A stretch of DNA of 49,544 bases, the filler included, from Candidatus Methanoxibalbensis ujae (GTDB lineage Archaea > Halobacteriota > Syntropharchaeia > Alkanophagales > Methanospirareceae): assembly GCA_026134085.1 (NCBI GenBank). It is 13 parts of 13 records of this genome, joined end to end, with 100 filler letters (N's around TTAATTAATTAA, not from the genome) between each part and the next. Parts side by side here need not be neighbours in the genome. Positions count along the whole stretch, not along the records: positions 1 to 5,430 come from JAOQIN010000070.1; positions 5,531 to 10,870 come from JAOQIN010000071.1; 11 more parts are not named here. The stretch is one strand, 5' to 3'. The position numbers and the translations under genes are program-made. The notes below the pieces were generated by a model, which worked only from the letters and a program-made list of their open reading frames with translations, searched no databases and had not been told where the DNA came from. Positions 1 through 7,310 of the stretch are shown here, in pieces. Within the stretch, counting starts at the first letter, position 1, and every line of letters starts with the position of its first letter.

Positions 1-112
1 CCGCTGGAACAGCATATAACAGCGAGGTGGAACAGGCGTTCCAGAAAATGGAATAAGGGGTTCCAGGGAATGGAACAAGTTACAGAACACCGTGGAGAGC
101 TTTTTGATTGGC
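1..112 (-). promoter_or_regulatory. Operator-array promoter (copy B), continuous with 34091-34222
   Basis: TGGAA(C/T) half-sites at 5, 28, 49, 71; perfect palindrome TGGAAC-AGGC-GTTCCA at 28-43; minus-strand TTATAT box at 14-19. Near-identical to 5320-5430. Bases 1-77 are the exact reverse complement of 34091-34167. Confidence 0.75.
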
Positions 113-232
113 AAATGCTAACTCTTATGCTGAGCTTTAAGCAGAAATGTGCGCTTCAACGCAAAATAGGTAAAAGTCCTGTGAAGAAACAAAAATTTAT
201 AATGGGGCTATTGCTTAAGAAGAAGCCATAAA

Positions 233-616
233 ATGACAATAAGAATCTCATTTGGTGTCGAGGATGTGATAAAAATTCATGATGATATAATCGAAAATAC
301 TGGAGGTGCGTTTGGTATTTTGAATAAAGGTTTGATTGGGTTCACGATTGAGCGGGTGAAGGGTGAAGTAATAAAAGAAGAGGATACAGACCTATTTGAA
401 GTTGCATCCCTCATCTTAAGGGATTTCGTTCAGGGTCATCCTTTTGTGGATGGAAACAAGAGAATCGCCTTTGAGGATATATTATTAAGGGATAATGGAT
501 ATATATTTAAAATAGAAAAAGAAGAAGTAATTAAGTTCCTGTTGCAGCTAGCAAAAGGAGAATCAGGATTAAAAGAGGTGAAAGAATGGATAAAAAAGAA
601 GGTAAAATCGAAATAA
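233..616 (+). CDS. Fic/Doc family toxin (death-on-curing type)
   Basis: Fic motif HPFVDGNKR; N-terminal IHDDII..TGG..G typical of Doc proteins; 127 aa. Confidence 0.88.
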   Translation: MTIRISFGVEDVIKIHDDIIENTGGAFGILNKGLIGFTIERVKGEVIKEEDTDLFEVASLILRDFVQGHPFVDGNKRIAFEDILLRDNGYIFKIEKEEVIKFLLQLAKGESGLKEVKEWIKKKVKSK

Positions 617-705
617 AACATACAAGGGATAAGAAGTTGAAGAAACTGCTGAAAGAGTCGATGGAAGGGAATATTGAGTTGCTGCGCGAGCTGGCGAAAT
701 ATTGA
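586..705 (+). CDS. 39-aa putative antitoxin partner of Doc (not in ORF track)
   Basis: ATG at 586 with GAGGTG at 575-580; translates MDKKEGKIEIKHTRDKKLKKLLKESMEGNIELLRELAKY; overlaps the doc 3' end; ends in an amphipathic NxELLxxLAK helix as seen in Doc-associated antitoxins. Confidence 0.6.
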   Translation: MDKKEGKIEIKHTRDKKLKKLLKESMEGNIELLRELAKY

Positions 706-847
706 GAAACCGTAACTCCGCAAGTTAACCCATAGGTAGAACCTCAGGGAACAATGAACACATCCGTCTTGCTCTCTTCGGGATCTTAGCGAACTCTTCC
801 ACTCTTTTCAACAATTTTTGTGACCTTTTCAGCTTCCTCTTTTCCTA

Positions 848-1663
848 TTATGTCTCTTTTTTCCTATCGCTAACTTCTGCCTCTCTGTATATCTTATCAA
901 TTCTTTCCATGATTTCTTTTGCCGTTATTGTGGCTGTTTCTGGCTCTGGAAATGAAGGAGGTCGTAGTCTCAATCTCAGCGTTTTATTCAATGGTGTGCA
1001 TGAAATTTTTGCACCACCGCCAACGGGGTCAAATATACAGTCCATATGGTCCCTGATAAGTTGTTCACTCGCATTTACTGTATATTCACTATATTCGCTA
1101 AGATTTAAGAAAAGTTCTAAAAGAGCGTCAATTTCTTCTCTTGAGATGTGTCCTTCTTTGATTACTATTTCTTTATAATCAGGATAATAATGGTCACTAT
1201 AACATATAACTTTTCCATCGTTAAATATGCTCATCCCTCTCTCTCCTTCAAATACCGTTGAATTCACCGAGATAATAGAATCAATCATCTTCTGCTCCAG
1301 CATATCCCACTTCTCGTCCATCACCGCGGAAGTCACTCTCCCTTGCTCGATGATGATTCTTGCAGTGTGGGGCGTTATGACCTGAGCCAGCATCTGACCC
1401 GTCCTGTTGCCGTATCCCGAATGCCTGCACTGGAATTCAAACACGAATTCCCAGCAACAGGGGCATTTGAGCGTATTTGTCACCACCAACTTCAGGCTAT
1501 CTTCTATGCCATCAAACCTGAAGGTAGGGCTGTTTAGCAAGTAATCATTGGCTATTTCCCGGCTCTTGTCCTTATCCGCTGGCATGGGGCTTTGAGCTAC
1601 GATAATCTCCCAACCATCAATCATCTTGCGATGTAGCTGCTGATTCTCTGGTTGACGCACCAA
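848..1663 (-). CDS. Uncharacterised extracytoplasmic-type protein (SPTFxFDG...GYGxRTG...QVITPH...WDM domain); 5' end apparently disrupted
   Basis: Conserved-looking domain I recognise from methanogen/Chloroflexi hypothetical proteins. The frame continues upstream about 30 codons to a TAA at ~1754-1756. No signal peptide is present. Confidence 0.6.
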   Translation of the reverse strand: MVRQPENQQLHRKMIDGWEIIVAQSPMPADKDKSREIANDYLLNSPTFRFDGIEDSLKLVVTNTLKCPCCWEFVFEFQCRHSGYGNRTGQMLAQVITPHTARIIIEQGRVTSAVMDEKWDMLEQKMIDSIISVNSTVFEGERGMSIFNDGKVICYSDHYYPDYKEIVIKEGHISREEIDALLELFLNLSEYSEYTVNASEQLIRDHMDCIFDPVGGGAKISCTPLNKTLRLRLRPPSFPEPETATITAKEIMERIDKIYREAEVSDRKKET

Positions 1664-1868
1664 TTTGCATTCATCAGTTGCCTCTTCATCTTCTGTTTCA
1701 TTTGGTGAATAGACATCAGCATTTGTACTTACTGAAGGTCCATCGGTGTTCGGTTAAGGAGGATTGCTGAATGCACTACCTAATTTTTAAATTTGCCTTA
1801 AAAAGCTAAACACGGTAGATTTTTAAAAAACGCCCCCTCTCATGCATCTATTCCATTATCTTATATCT

Positions 1869-1887
1869 ATTGGTAACTTTTACCAAT
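1869..1887. repeat. Palindrome ATTGGTAA-N3-TTACCAAT overlapping the stop codon of 1880-2143
   Basis: Read directly; partner copy at 2151-2172. Confidence 0.75.
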
Positions 1888-2143
1888 GTCCCTTGTGTTT
1901 ATCTATTACTTTCTCCACCACATTCCTCAGATGCTTTAGATCTTTCTTCGAAATTTTTATTCGATAATCCTTCTTTATTGCCTTGTAAATTTCATCCTTT
2001 AGCTTTTCAGGATCAACGCCTTTAGCATCTCTTTCTTTACCAACATAGTTCCATATCTGCTTTTTCTTCTCGGGATCCCAACTCACCTCGTAGATATACT
2101 TGTGTCCTTTTATCTCTTTTACAATCAAAGCCACTTTTGCCAC
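1880..2143 (-). CDS. Small basic putative DNA-binding protein
   Basis: 87 aa, Lys-rich; N-terminal KxIKGxxYxY...WD...K..W.YVGK beta motif resembles IS1634 transposase N-termini and small MGE DNA-binding proteins. Minus-strand TTTAAATA box at 2171-2178. Confidence 0.65.
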   Translation of the reverse strand: MAKVALIVKEIKGHKYIYEVSWDPEKKKQIWNYVGKERDAKGVDPEKLKDEIYKAIKKDYRIKISKKDLKHLRNVVEKVIDKHKGHW

Positions 2144-2150
2144 CTCTTAT

Positions 2151-2172
2151 TATTAGTAACTAATTACCAATA
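2151..2172. repeat. Palindrome TATTAGTAA-N4-TTACCAATA between the TATA box and start of 1880-2143
   Basis: One mismatch in the arms; same motif as 1869-1887. Confidence 0.7.
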
Positions 2173-2219
2173 TTTAAAGATAACCTTGATGCGTAGGTTA
2201 AAAAACGTTAGCTGCCAAA

Positions 2220-2420
2220 TTATACGGTATTTATTTTGGTCAGAGATGTGATCCAAATATTAAAGAAGGCTGAGTCAAGGGGATATAGATTGCTTAACCG
2301 AACACACATGACTGAAGGTCTATCAATTGTCTCAAAGCCGAGAGCTAAAACTATAGCTAAAACTAAAACCAAAAATATACCTACTGCTATTTCCTTTTTT
2401 ATTTTAATCAATGATTCCAC
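2220..2420 (-). CDS. Small protein with N-terminal TM/signal helix (possibly a detached N-terminus)
   Basis: KIKKEIAVGIFLVLVLAIVLALGF hydrophobic stretch; starts 4 nt after the regulator stop. Confidence 0.45.
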   Translation of the reverse strand: MESLIKIKKEIAVGIFLVLVLAIVLALGFETIDRPSVMCVRLSNLYPLDSAFFNIWITSLTKINTV

Positions 2421-2424
2421 AGCT

Positions 2425-3012
2425 TTAATGTTGATTTACTACAAACTTCTCACCCAATTTTATCATCTTACTTGTTCCGAAACCATATCTGATGACCAAG
2501 CCTCTTCTTTCCAAATCTGCCAGAATTCTTGAGAGCGAGGACCTCGGAATACCTGTTCTGGCGGCAAGCTCCGCTTGATTCATCTCACCAAAATCTAACA
2601 GGGTTTTGATAATTTTAGGCTCGTTTCCTTTCAAAACTCCCAGTATCTCTTCGATTTTATCCCGGCTTATATCTGGAATTTGTCTTTCATAATTTGAAGC
2701 GGAAGCCTTTTCAACAGTGGAAACACGCTCTGATTTTTTCTCCAAAGCAGGTTTGACATCAACAAACAGGAGGTATATAGCACTGATTCCGAGCAGAAGA
2801 GCAGAAACGGTAACGATGACCATGTCAGCGAGAGTATAAAATCCCGGCATTTGACTTACAATTACATCGCTTCCTTCTACAAAAATGTTGATGGGCGTAG
2901 GAGTGATGAGTTTTATACCTGTTATGAATATGGAAGCTATGAACAACACCGCCATGAATATTGATACGGTTTTACCGTGAACATCCATTCTCTTTCGTGC
3001 CATCTCCATCAT
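2425..3012 (-). CDS. Membrane-anchored winged-HTH transcriptional regulator (COG2512-like)
   Basis: Two hydrophobic helices, then LKGNE.KII..L...GEMNQAELAARTGIPRSSLSRILADLERRGLV wHTH. Start likely ATG 3012, 3009 or 3003 (GGAG upstream) rather than 3075. Confidence 0.82.
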   Translation of the reverse strand: MMEMARKRMDVHGKTVSIFMAVLFIASIFITGIKLITPTPINIFVEGSDVIVSQMPGFYTLADMVIVTVSALLLGISAIYLLFVDVKPALEKKSERVSTVEKASASNYERQIPDISRDKIEEILGVLKGNEPKIIKTLLDFGEMNQAELAARTGIPRSSLSRILADLERRGLVIRYGFGTSKMIKLGEKFVVNQH

Positions 3013-3616
3013 CTCCGCGGCAAGAGCTAACGTTAATAATGTAAAAGCGGTTATTAAATTTTTTCGCCTCTTCAATATTGACTACTTTCTCGTTGTTAAC
3101 ATCCACTGTCACTTCATATTTTTTGTTTTCTACAGCGACGACGACCTCAGCAACGACTCCTTCTTCTCCTTGAAATATCCTCCACATTAACGTTGAATAT
3201 TCCTTCCCATTAACGAGCTCTTTAACTCTTTGATTGGTTTCAGCTATCCTGAATGTCTTATTTATCAAACTCTCTTTATTTTTGTACTGCTCACTTTGAT
3301 TGTTTAGTTGTTCTTTTGTTATATACTTCAACGAAATCCCCCTATTCTTTTCACCGCGGGAAAATTTGACTCCAGTTGCTCCTTCAGGCAATTTAAAGGA
3401 TTGCAGAACTTCTCCTTCTCGAATCAAGTTCAGGGTTCTGTTGCCCTCATCTAATGCGGTAACGACCTTAGCCTGAAAACTGATAGGCAATTGTTCTGCA
3501 ATGCCGGTAGCATAAGCTACTGCGACCATACCAATTCCTATTACTGCTAATATTCCCAGAAGCATCACTTTATTTACGATAATTCCTTCTATTATTTTCA
3601 CCCGTTTATTTTTCAT
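2972..3616 (-). CDS. Membrane-anchored protein with a PepSY-like domain; paralog of 35391-35825 and 36517-37287
   Basis: TM LLGILAVIGIGMVAVAY; C-terminal IAETNQRVKELVNGKEY...VTVDVNNEKVVNI matches IALSDPEV..I..GK.Y...VDL.K..V..I of the paralogs. Confidence 0.65.
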   Translation of the reverse strand: MKNKRVKIIEGIIVNKVMLLGILAVIGIGMVAVAYATGIAEQLPISFQAKVVTALDEGNRTLNLIREGEVLQSFKLPEGATGVKFSRGEKNRGISLKYITKEQLNNQSEQYKNKESLINKTFRIAETNQRVKELVNGKEYSTLMWRIFQGEEGVVAEVVVAVENKKYEVTVDVNNEKVVNIEEAKKFNNRFYIINVSSCRGDDGDGTKENGCSR

Positions 3617-3635
3617 CTTTTTTCATTTGCTTTTC

Positions 3636-4213
3636 CTACGCAGGGCCGATTGCAATGTACTGGATGTAATTGTTTGAAAGATCATCAATAGCAGTTATAC
3701 GTGCGTCAAAGGAACTGGTACTTATCCAACCTCTATCAATGGCATAGTGTGCCTTTGCCTCGTAGGGATAGACTTCATTTGTCCACACTACATTGGGAGT
3801 ATATCTTCAAATACTATTGGGAAGTGTACTCTGATCAAAGCAGTTTCACCTGCAGAAAGGGAATAAGAATCTGTTCTACCACTGACGATAGTATAACTTC
3901 CACTGTGTGTAACATAAAAAGTCACGTTAAGCACTGCGACGAGTTCAGCAGATTCTTTATCTGATTCCTTATAAACTTTGGCTTTTGTCGGTGTTTTCAC
4001 TGCTTCCGTAATATACCCATCTTCTTTTTCTTCTTCAGAATCTGGGATATCCTTGGTTATTCCTTTGCTACTTTCTGCCACAACGAGTACAGGTTCACTT
4101 GAACTTCTCGCCTTTTCGACATAAGCCACTGTAGAAAGCTTTTTTGCTGCTACAATTAATACAACACTGCATACCAGTAGCGCTATTATTCCAATTGCCA
4201 ATATCTTTTTCAT
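3636..4213 (-). pseudogene. Secreted precursor protein with an apparent single frameshift near 3800
   Basis: Signal MKKILAIGIIALLVCSVVLIVAA. The annotated frame stops at 3788, but a shifted frame continues RYTPNVVWTNEVYPYEAKAHYAIDRGWISTSSFDARITAIDDLSNNYIQYIAIGPA to TAG at 3638-3636, ~20 nt before the next start. Confidence 0.6.
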
Positions 4214-4270
4214 CTTTTTTATTACTTCTCTTCCTTATAAAGCGATCCCTCGGCGCATACATATTTCCTG

Positions 4271-4307
4271 TGGAAAGTATATAAATGTAAGTGGAACAGG
4301 TGTTCCC
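4271..4307 (-). promoter_or_regulatory. Single-operator promoter (copy C)
   Basis: TGGAAC-AGGT-GTTCCC at 4292-4307, next to minus-strand TTTATATA (4278-4285), with a TGGAAA half-site at 4271; same geometry as copies A and B. Confidence 0.7.
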
Positions 4308-4323
4308 AAAAATGTATGAAAAT

Positions 4324-4356
4324 TAAAAAAAATAAATCGGGGCGAGAGAACGCCCC
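4324..4356 (-). terminator. Hairpin plus T-tract after 4402-5253
   Basis: GGGGCG-N6-CGCCCC (4339-4356) followed on the minus strand by a T-rich run. Confidence 0.55.
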
Positions 4357-4401
4357 ATTTGTTTAATTTTTTCATATTATGTGGTTATAACCCTGCATTC
4401 G

Positions 4402-5253
4402 TTAGGTAGTTCCGGCATTACCTGCAACGCCGCCATAGCAATTCACTGTAACCCATGCCCATGCTGATACCGACTGCCCAAGTGGACCACTGAAGTCAGC
4501 ATCAGCATCAACCTTTCCTAAGCATGAGTGAGGTATTGTTGCTTCACTGCTGAATGAATCACACTGCCATCCTAAAGCACTGTTATGGTACTCTGAAGAG
4601 TGATCTACCACACTAAGCATTTCTACACCGTACTCGTAAGTAAAGCTACCGCTGGCTGTGAGCTTCCACAACGTAATGCCAAATATGTTTTTTCCTTCTA
4701 TACTCTGTGATGCATCCGTAACGTGGATATCACGGGTTCTTAGTCTAAGCAGATATTCTTCACTCTCTCTACTTTTGTATATTTCTGCACAGATAGCTTT
4801 TTGGTCCTTCTCTTCGCCCACAGTATTAAGCTTCTGTACTAAGATTTCATTTGAAGAGCTCTTGTTTACAAGCATTGGTTCTATCTCCTTCACATCAGTA
4901 GCACCGTTTTCTCTAAATACTTCCACGTACTTTATGTCCTCCTTATTGTTTTCATTGCTCAATTTTACAAGAGCATCATACCCATCGTCACTTGTATTGA
5001 TCCACAGTAGCTTGGCTGAGTAGCCGTCGATTTGGGCTTTGTTAAGTATCTCCTCTTCTACTTGCCGTGGTACATCTGGCTTCTCTATTGGTTTGGGTAA
5101 CCCATCCGATATTTTAATCGTTTCACTTGAGATACCACCTTCAATACTTGTCATTACAGAGGGATTTATCTCGTTGTTACCGATTATAGCTGCAACTAGT
5201 CCAACACCTAACATCAATATCGCTATGACGCCGATCGCCAATATTTTTTTCAT
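4402..5253 (-). CDS. Secreted precursor: signal peptide, charged pro-region, C-terminal beta-rich domain
   Basis: MKKILAIGVIAILMLGVGLVAA signal; GGAGGTG RBS at 5266-5272; C-terminal ~105 aa KNIFGITLWKLTASGSFTY...GW.C...AWAWVTVNCYG, rich in Ser, Gly, Ala and Trp. Confidence 0.75.
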   Translation of the reverse strand: MKKILAIGVIAILMLGVGLVAAIIGNNEINPSVMTSIEGGISSETIKISDGLPKPIEKPDVPRQVEEEILNKAQIDGYSAKLLWINTSDDGYDALVKLSNENNKEDIKYVEVFRENGATDVKEIEPMLVNKSSSNEILVQKLNTVGEEKDQKAICAEIYKSRESEEYLLRLRTRDIHVTDASQSIEGKNIFGITLWKLTASGSFTYEYGVEMLSVVDHSSEYHNSALGWQCDSFSSEATIPHSCLGKVDADADFSGPLGQSVSAWAWVTVNCYGGVAGNAGTT

Positions 5254-5264
5254 CTTTTTCGCTT

Positions 5265-5430
5265 TCACCTCCTAAAGAGCGCTACGCCCTCTCGGCGTTA
5301 AAGCACTCCATACGGACCTCCGCTGGAACAGCATATAACTGAGAGGTGGAACAGGCGTTCCAGAAAATGGAACAGGTGTTCCGGAAAATGAAACAAGTAA
5401 AGAACAAGAGAGAAAGCTTTTTGATTGGCA
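5265..5430 (-). promoter_or_regulatory. Operator-array promoter plus 5'UTR/RBS (copy A)
   Basis: Half-sites at 5324, 5347, 5368, 5389 (23/21/21-bp spacing); TGGAAC-AGGC-GTTCCA at 5347-5362 and TGGAAC-AGGT-GTTCCG at 5368-5383. UTR 5265-5319 is nearly identical to the reverse complement of 34168-34222. Confidence 0.75.
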
Positions 5431-5530
5431 NNNNNNNNNNNNNNNNNNNNNNNNNNNNNNNNNNNNNNNNNNNNTTAATTAATTAANNNNNNNNNNNNNN
5501 NNNNNNNNNNNNNNNNNNNNNNNNNNNNNN
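5431..5530. other. Artificial contig linker (N-TTAATTAATTAA-N), first of 12
   Basis: Identical 100-nt linkers also at 10871, 16065, 21238, 26273, 30549, 33991, 37288, 40278, 43009, 45311, 47444. Confidence 0.99.
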
Positions 5531-5532
5531 AG

Positions 5533-6186
5533 GATGAGGCGATATTTGAGGCGACCATTGATACAACAGATGCAATCCCGGGCACATACACGCTCGAAGC
5601 AGATGATAGAGATGAGAACACAGACACAATCACAGTTGAAATTTTAGCAGCAGTTCCATCCCCAACACCAACTCCGACGCCATCCCCAACACCAACTCCG
5701 ACGCCATCCCCAACACCAACATCTCCCACCCCAACGCCTTCACCGATACCATCTCCGACACCAACGCCCACGCCGCCTTACACATTTGACACAGGTCAGA
5801 GCCCCAACCCCTATCCATCCATCTCCGGCACGCACAACTGCACAATCGTCCCTGCGAATGACATCACAGCGAGCAAAATCTCTGTTTATCCTTGCGCTGG
5901 AACGGGAGGACATGCCGAATATGTGCGAATATGGGGGAACGGTGTTGACGCTCATGCAACTTGGAATGGCTACGGTGGCGAATGGAATATTTTGCACTTC
6001 AACAGAACTTTCACGCTTGAAGCGGGAAAAGAATACAATTTCACGATAAAGACAGGCTCTTACCCACAGATATTTCACGAGGAAGTGCTTGAGACTTTGG
6101 ATGGTAGCATCGTGAGATGTGAAGAGTTCGTTGATGCGAATGGAATCATTCATAAATGGATTCCCGCATTCAAAATATATGCGTAA
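5533..6186 (+). CDS. 3' part of an S-layer-like surface protein: Ig-like end, Pro/Thr linker, ~135-aa C-terminal domain
   Basis: Open frame from 5533 ([25 protein letters not shown]...PSPTPTPT...[18 protein letters not shown]...YPCAGTGGH...TGSYPQI...DANG...WIPAFKIYA). 5531-5607 is the reverse complement of 43109-43185. Confidence 0.8.
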   Translation, partial: DEAIFEATIDTTDAIPGTYTLEADDRDENTDTITVEILAAVPSPTPTPTPSPTPTPTPSPTPTSPTPTPSPIPSPTPTPTPPYTFDTGQSPNPYPSISGTHNCTIVPANDITASKISVYPCAGTGGHAEYVRIWGNGVDAHATWNGYGGEWNILHFNRTFTLEAGKEYNFTIKTGSYPQIFHEEVLETLDGSIVRCEEFVDANGIIHKWIPAFKIYA

Positions 6187-6440
6187 GGGCAAAACGGTGC
6201 GGGCATGACTGCGTGGAACTTTTACCGACATCAAAAAACAGCTAATTAAATCGTTTATTTCATTTTTTACTTGTTTTTATTTCATTGTTTTTATTTCACG
6301 GTTCAATTATCTCTGAAGCGCTCGTGTTCTGGAACTTCAGCCACAACTGACAAAACATTCTACATGCAAACTCTCCTCCGCTCATTTGCAGCATCAATGC
6401 TAAACTTGATTACCGCCTGCTCGTTGAGGCGCTCATTATC

Positions 6441-6540
6441 CATACTCCAAACAAACTCATTATGCTCCAAACGAGCTCTACTCCAAACGAGCTCATCACG
6501 CCACAAGCTCATAATACTACAAGCTCATAATACTCCAAAC
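6441..6540. repeat. Degenerate short tandem repeat built from ACTCCAAAC and AGCTCAT units
   Basis: About six imperfect units upstream of the GT2 gene; no unique spacers. Confidence 0.6.
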
Positions 6541-6602
6541 AAAAAAACATAACAATTGAACGAAGGGACAATAAATAAAAAAATGCATGACACTCTCTAT
6601 CA

Positions 6603-7310
6603 GTGATGTATAGTATATCCGTTGTGATTCCAACATATAATGAGGAGCTGTTCATAGGCAGATGTCTTGGCAGTCTGATGAATCAGACATTACCACGCAG
6701 CTCATACGAGATAATCGTGGTTGACGGAGGGAGCGATGACAGAACTGTTGAGATCGCATCCAGATATGCCGATAAGATCATAAAGCAGCGCAGCAAATTC
6801 GTAGGCGGTGCGAGGAACGAAGGTGTGATGGCAGCTGAATCTGATATAATCGCGACAACAGATGCGGACATCATACTTCCGAGAAAATGGCTTGAGCGCA
6901 TAATTCACGATTTCAGAGATGATGTGGTCGCTGTATACGGACCAATAGAGCCTATAGAGTGTCATTTAAAATACAGAATTATGCTTGAAATGTTCAATAT
7001 TTTATCGCATGCTGCCAATAAAATCCATATTTACACCACTGTCGGCGCCAATACAGCGTTCAGGCGTGATAAATTCTTTGAGGTTGGAGGATATCCTGAA
7101 GTTCCGGCTGGCGATGACTACAGCATAGCGATGAAACTGCACAGAGTCGGCAGGATATATTACGACAGGGAGCTGCGTGTTTTGTTTTCAATGCGCAGGA
7201 TGGAGAAGTTCGGCGTGTTGCGTGCACTGCTGATGTGGGCGGAGAACGCATGGGCTGCAAAGAGGGGTCGCTCCCCCAGAAGAAATTACACAATGCAGCT
7301 ATACAGATGA
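6603..7310 (+). CDS. Glycosyltransferase family 2
   Basis: ISVVIPTYNEE, EIIVVDGGSDDRT, GGARNEG, TDAD (DxD) motifs. Confidence 0.92.
   Translation: MMYSISVVIPTYNEELFIGRCLGSLMNQTLPRSSYEIIVVDGGSDDRTVEIASRYADKIIKQRSKFVGGARNEGVMAAESDIIATTDADIILPRKWLERIIHDFRDDVVAVYGPIEPIECHLKYRIMLEMFNILSHAANKIHIYTTVGANTAFRRDKFFEVGGYPEVPAGDDYSIAMKLHRVGRIYYDRELRVLFSMRRMEKFGVLRALLMWAENAWAAKRGRSPRRNYTMQLYR

Noticed and set aside
38..66. GTTCCAG...TGGAATAAGGGGT resembles an ORB origin box
   Set aside because: Spacing differs from the ORB consensus, no cdc6 or AT-rich unwinding element is adjacent, and the motif recurs in promoter position three times. Not fully excluded.
12..90. GCATATAACAGCG as the left end of an attC site
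   Set aside because: No complementary GTTATAT end or inner stem; the second copy reads TAACTGAG.
1..112. GGAAC/GTTCC repeats as a CRISPR array or terminal repeats of a circular element
   Set aside because: The period is only 21-23 bp with no unique spacers. The copies at the two ends of contig 1 differ at several positions, and each sits in front of a gene with TATA and RBS.
5475..5486. TTAATTAATTAA repeated 12 times inside N runs
   Set aside because: Artificial six-frame-stop contig linker; gene adjacency across linkers has no biological meaning.
5475..5771. Gly/Val-repeat ORF on the minus strand and other antisense ORFs over core genes
   Set aside because: Shadow frames of the Pro/Thr linker and of well-supported genes.
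6441..6540. Possible mini-CRISPR
   Set aside because: Units abut without spacers and are degenerate; treated as a tandem repeat.
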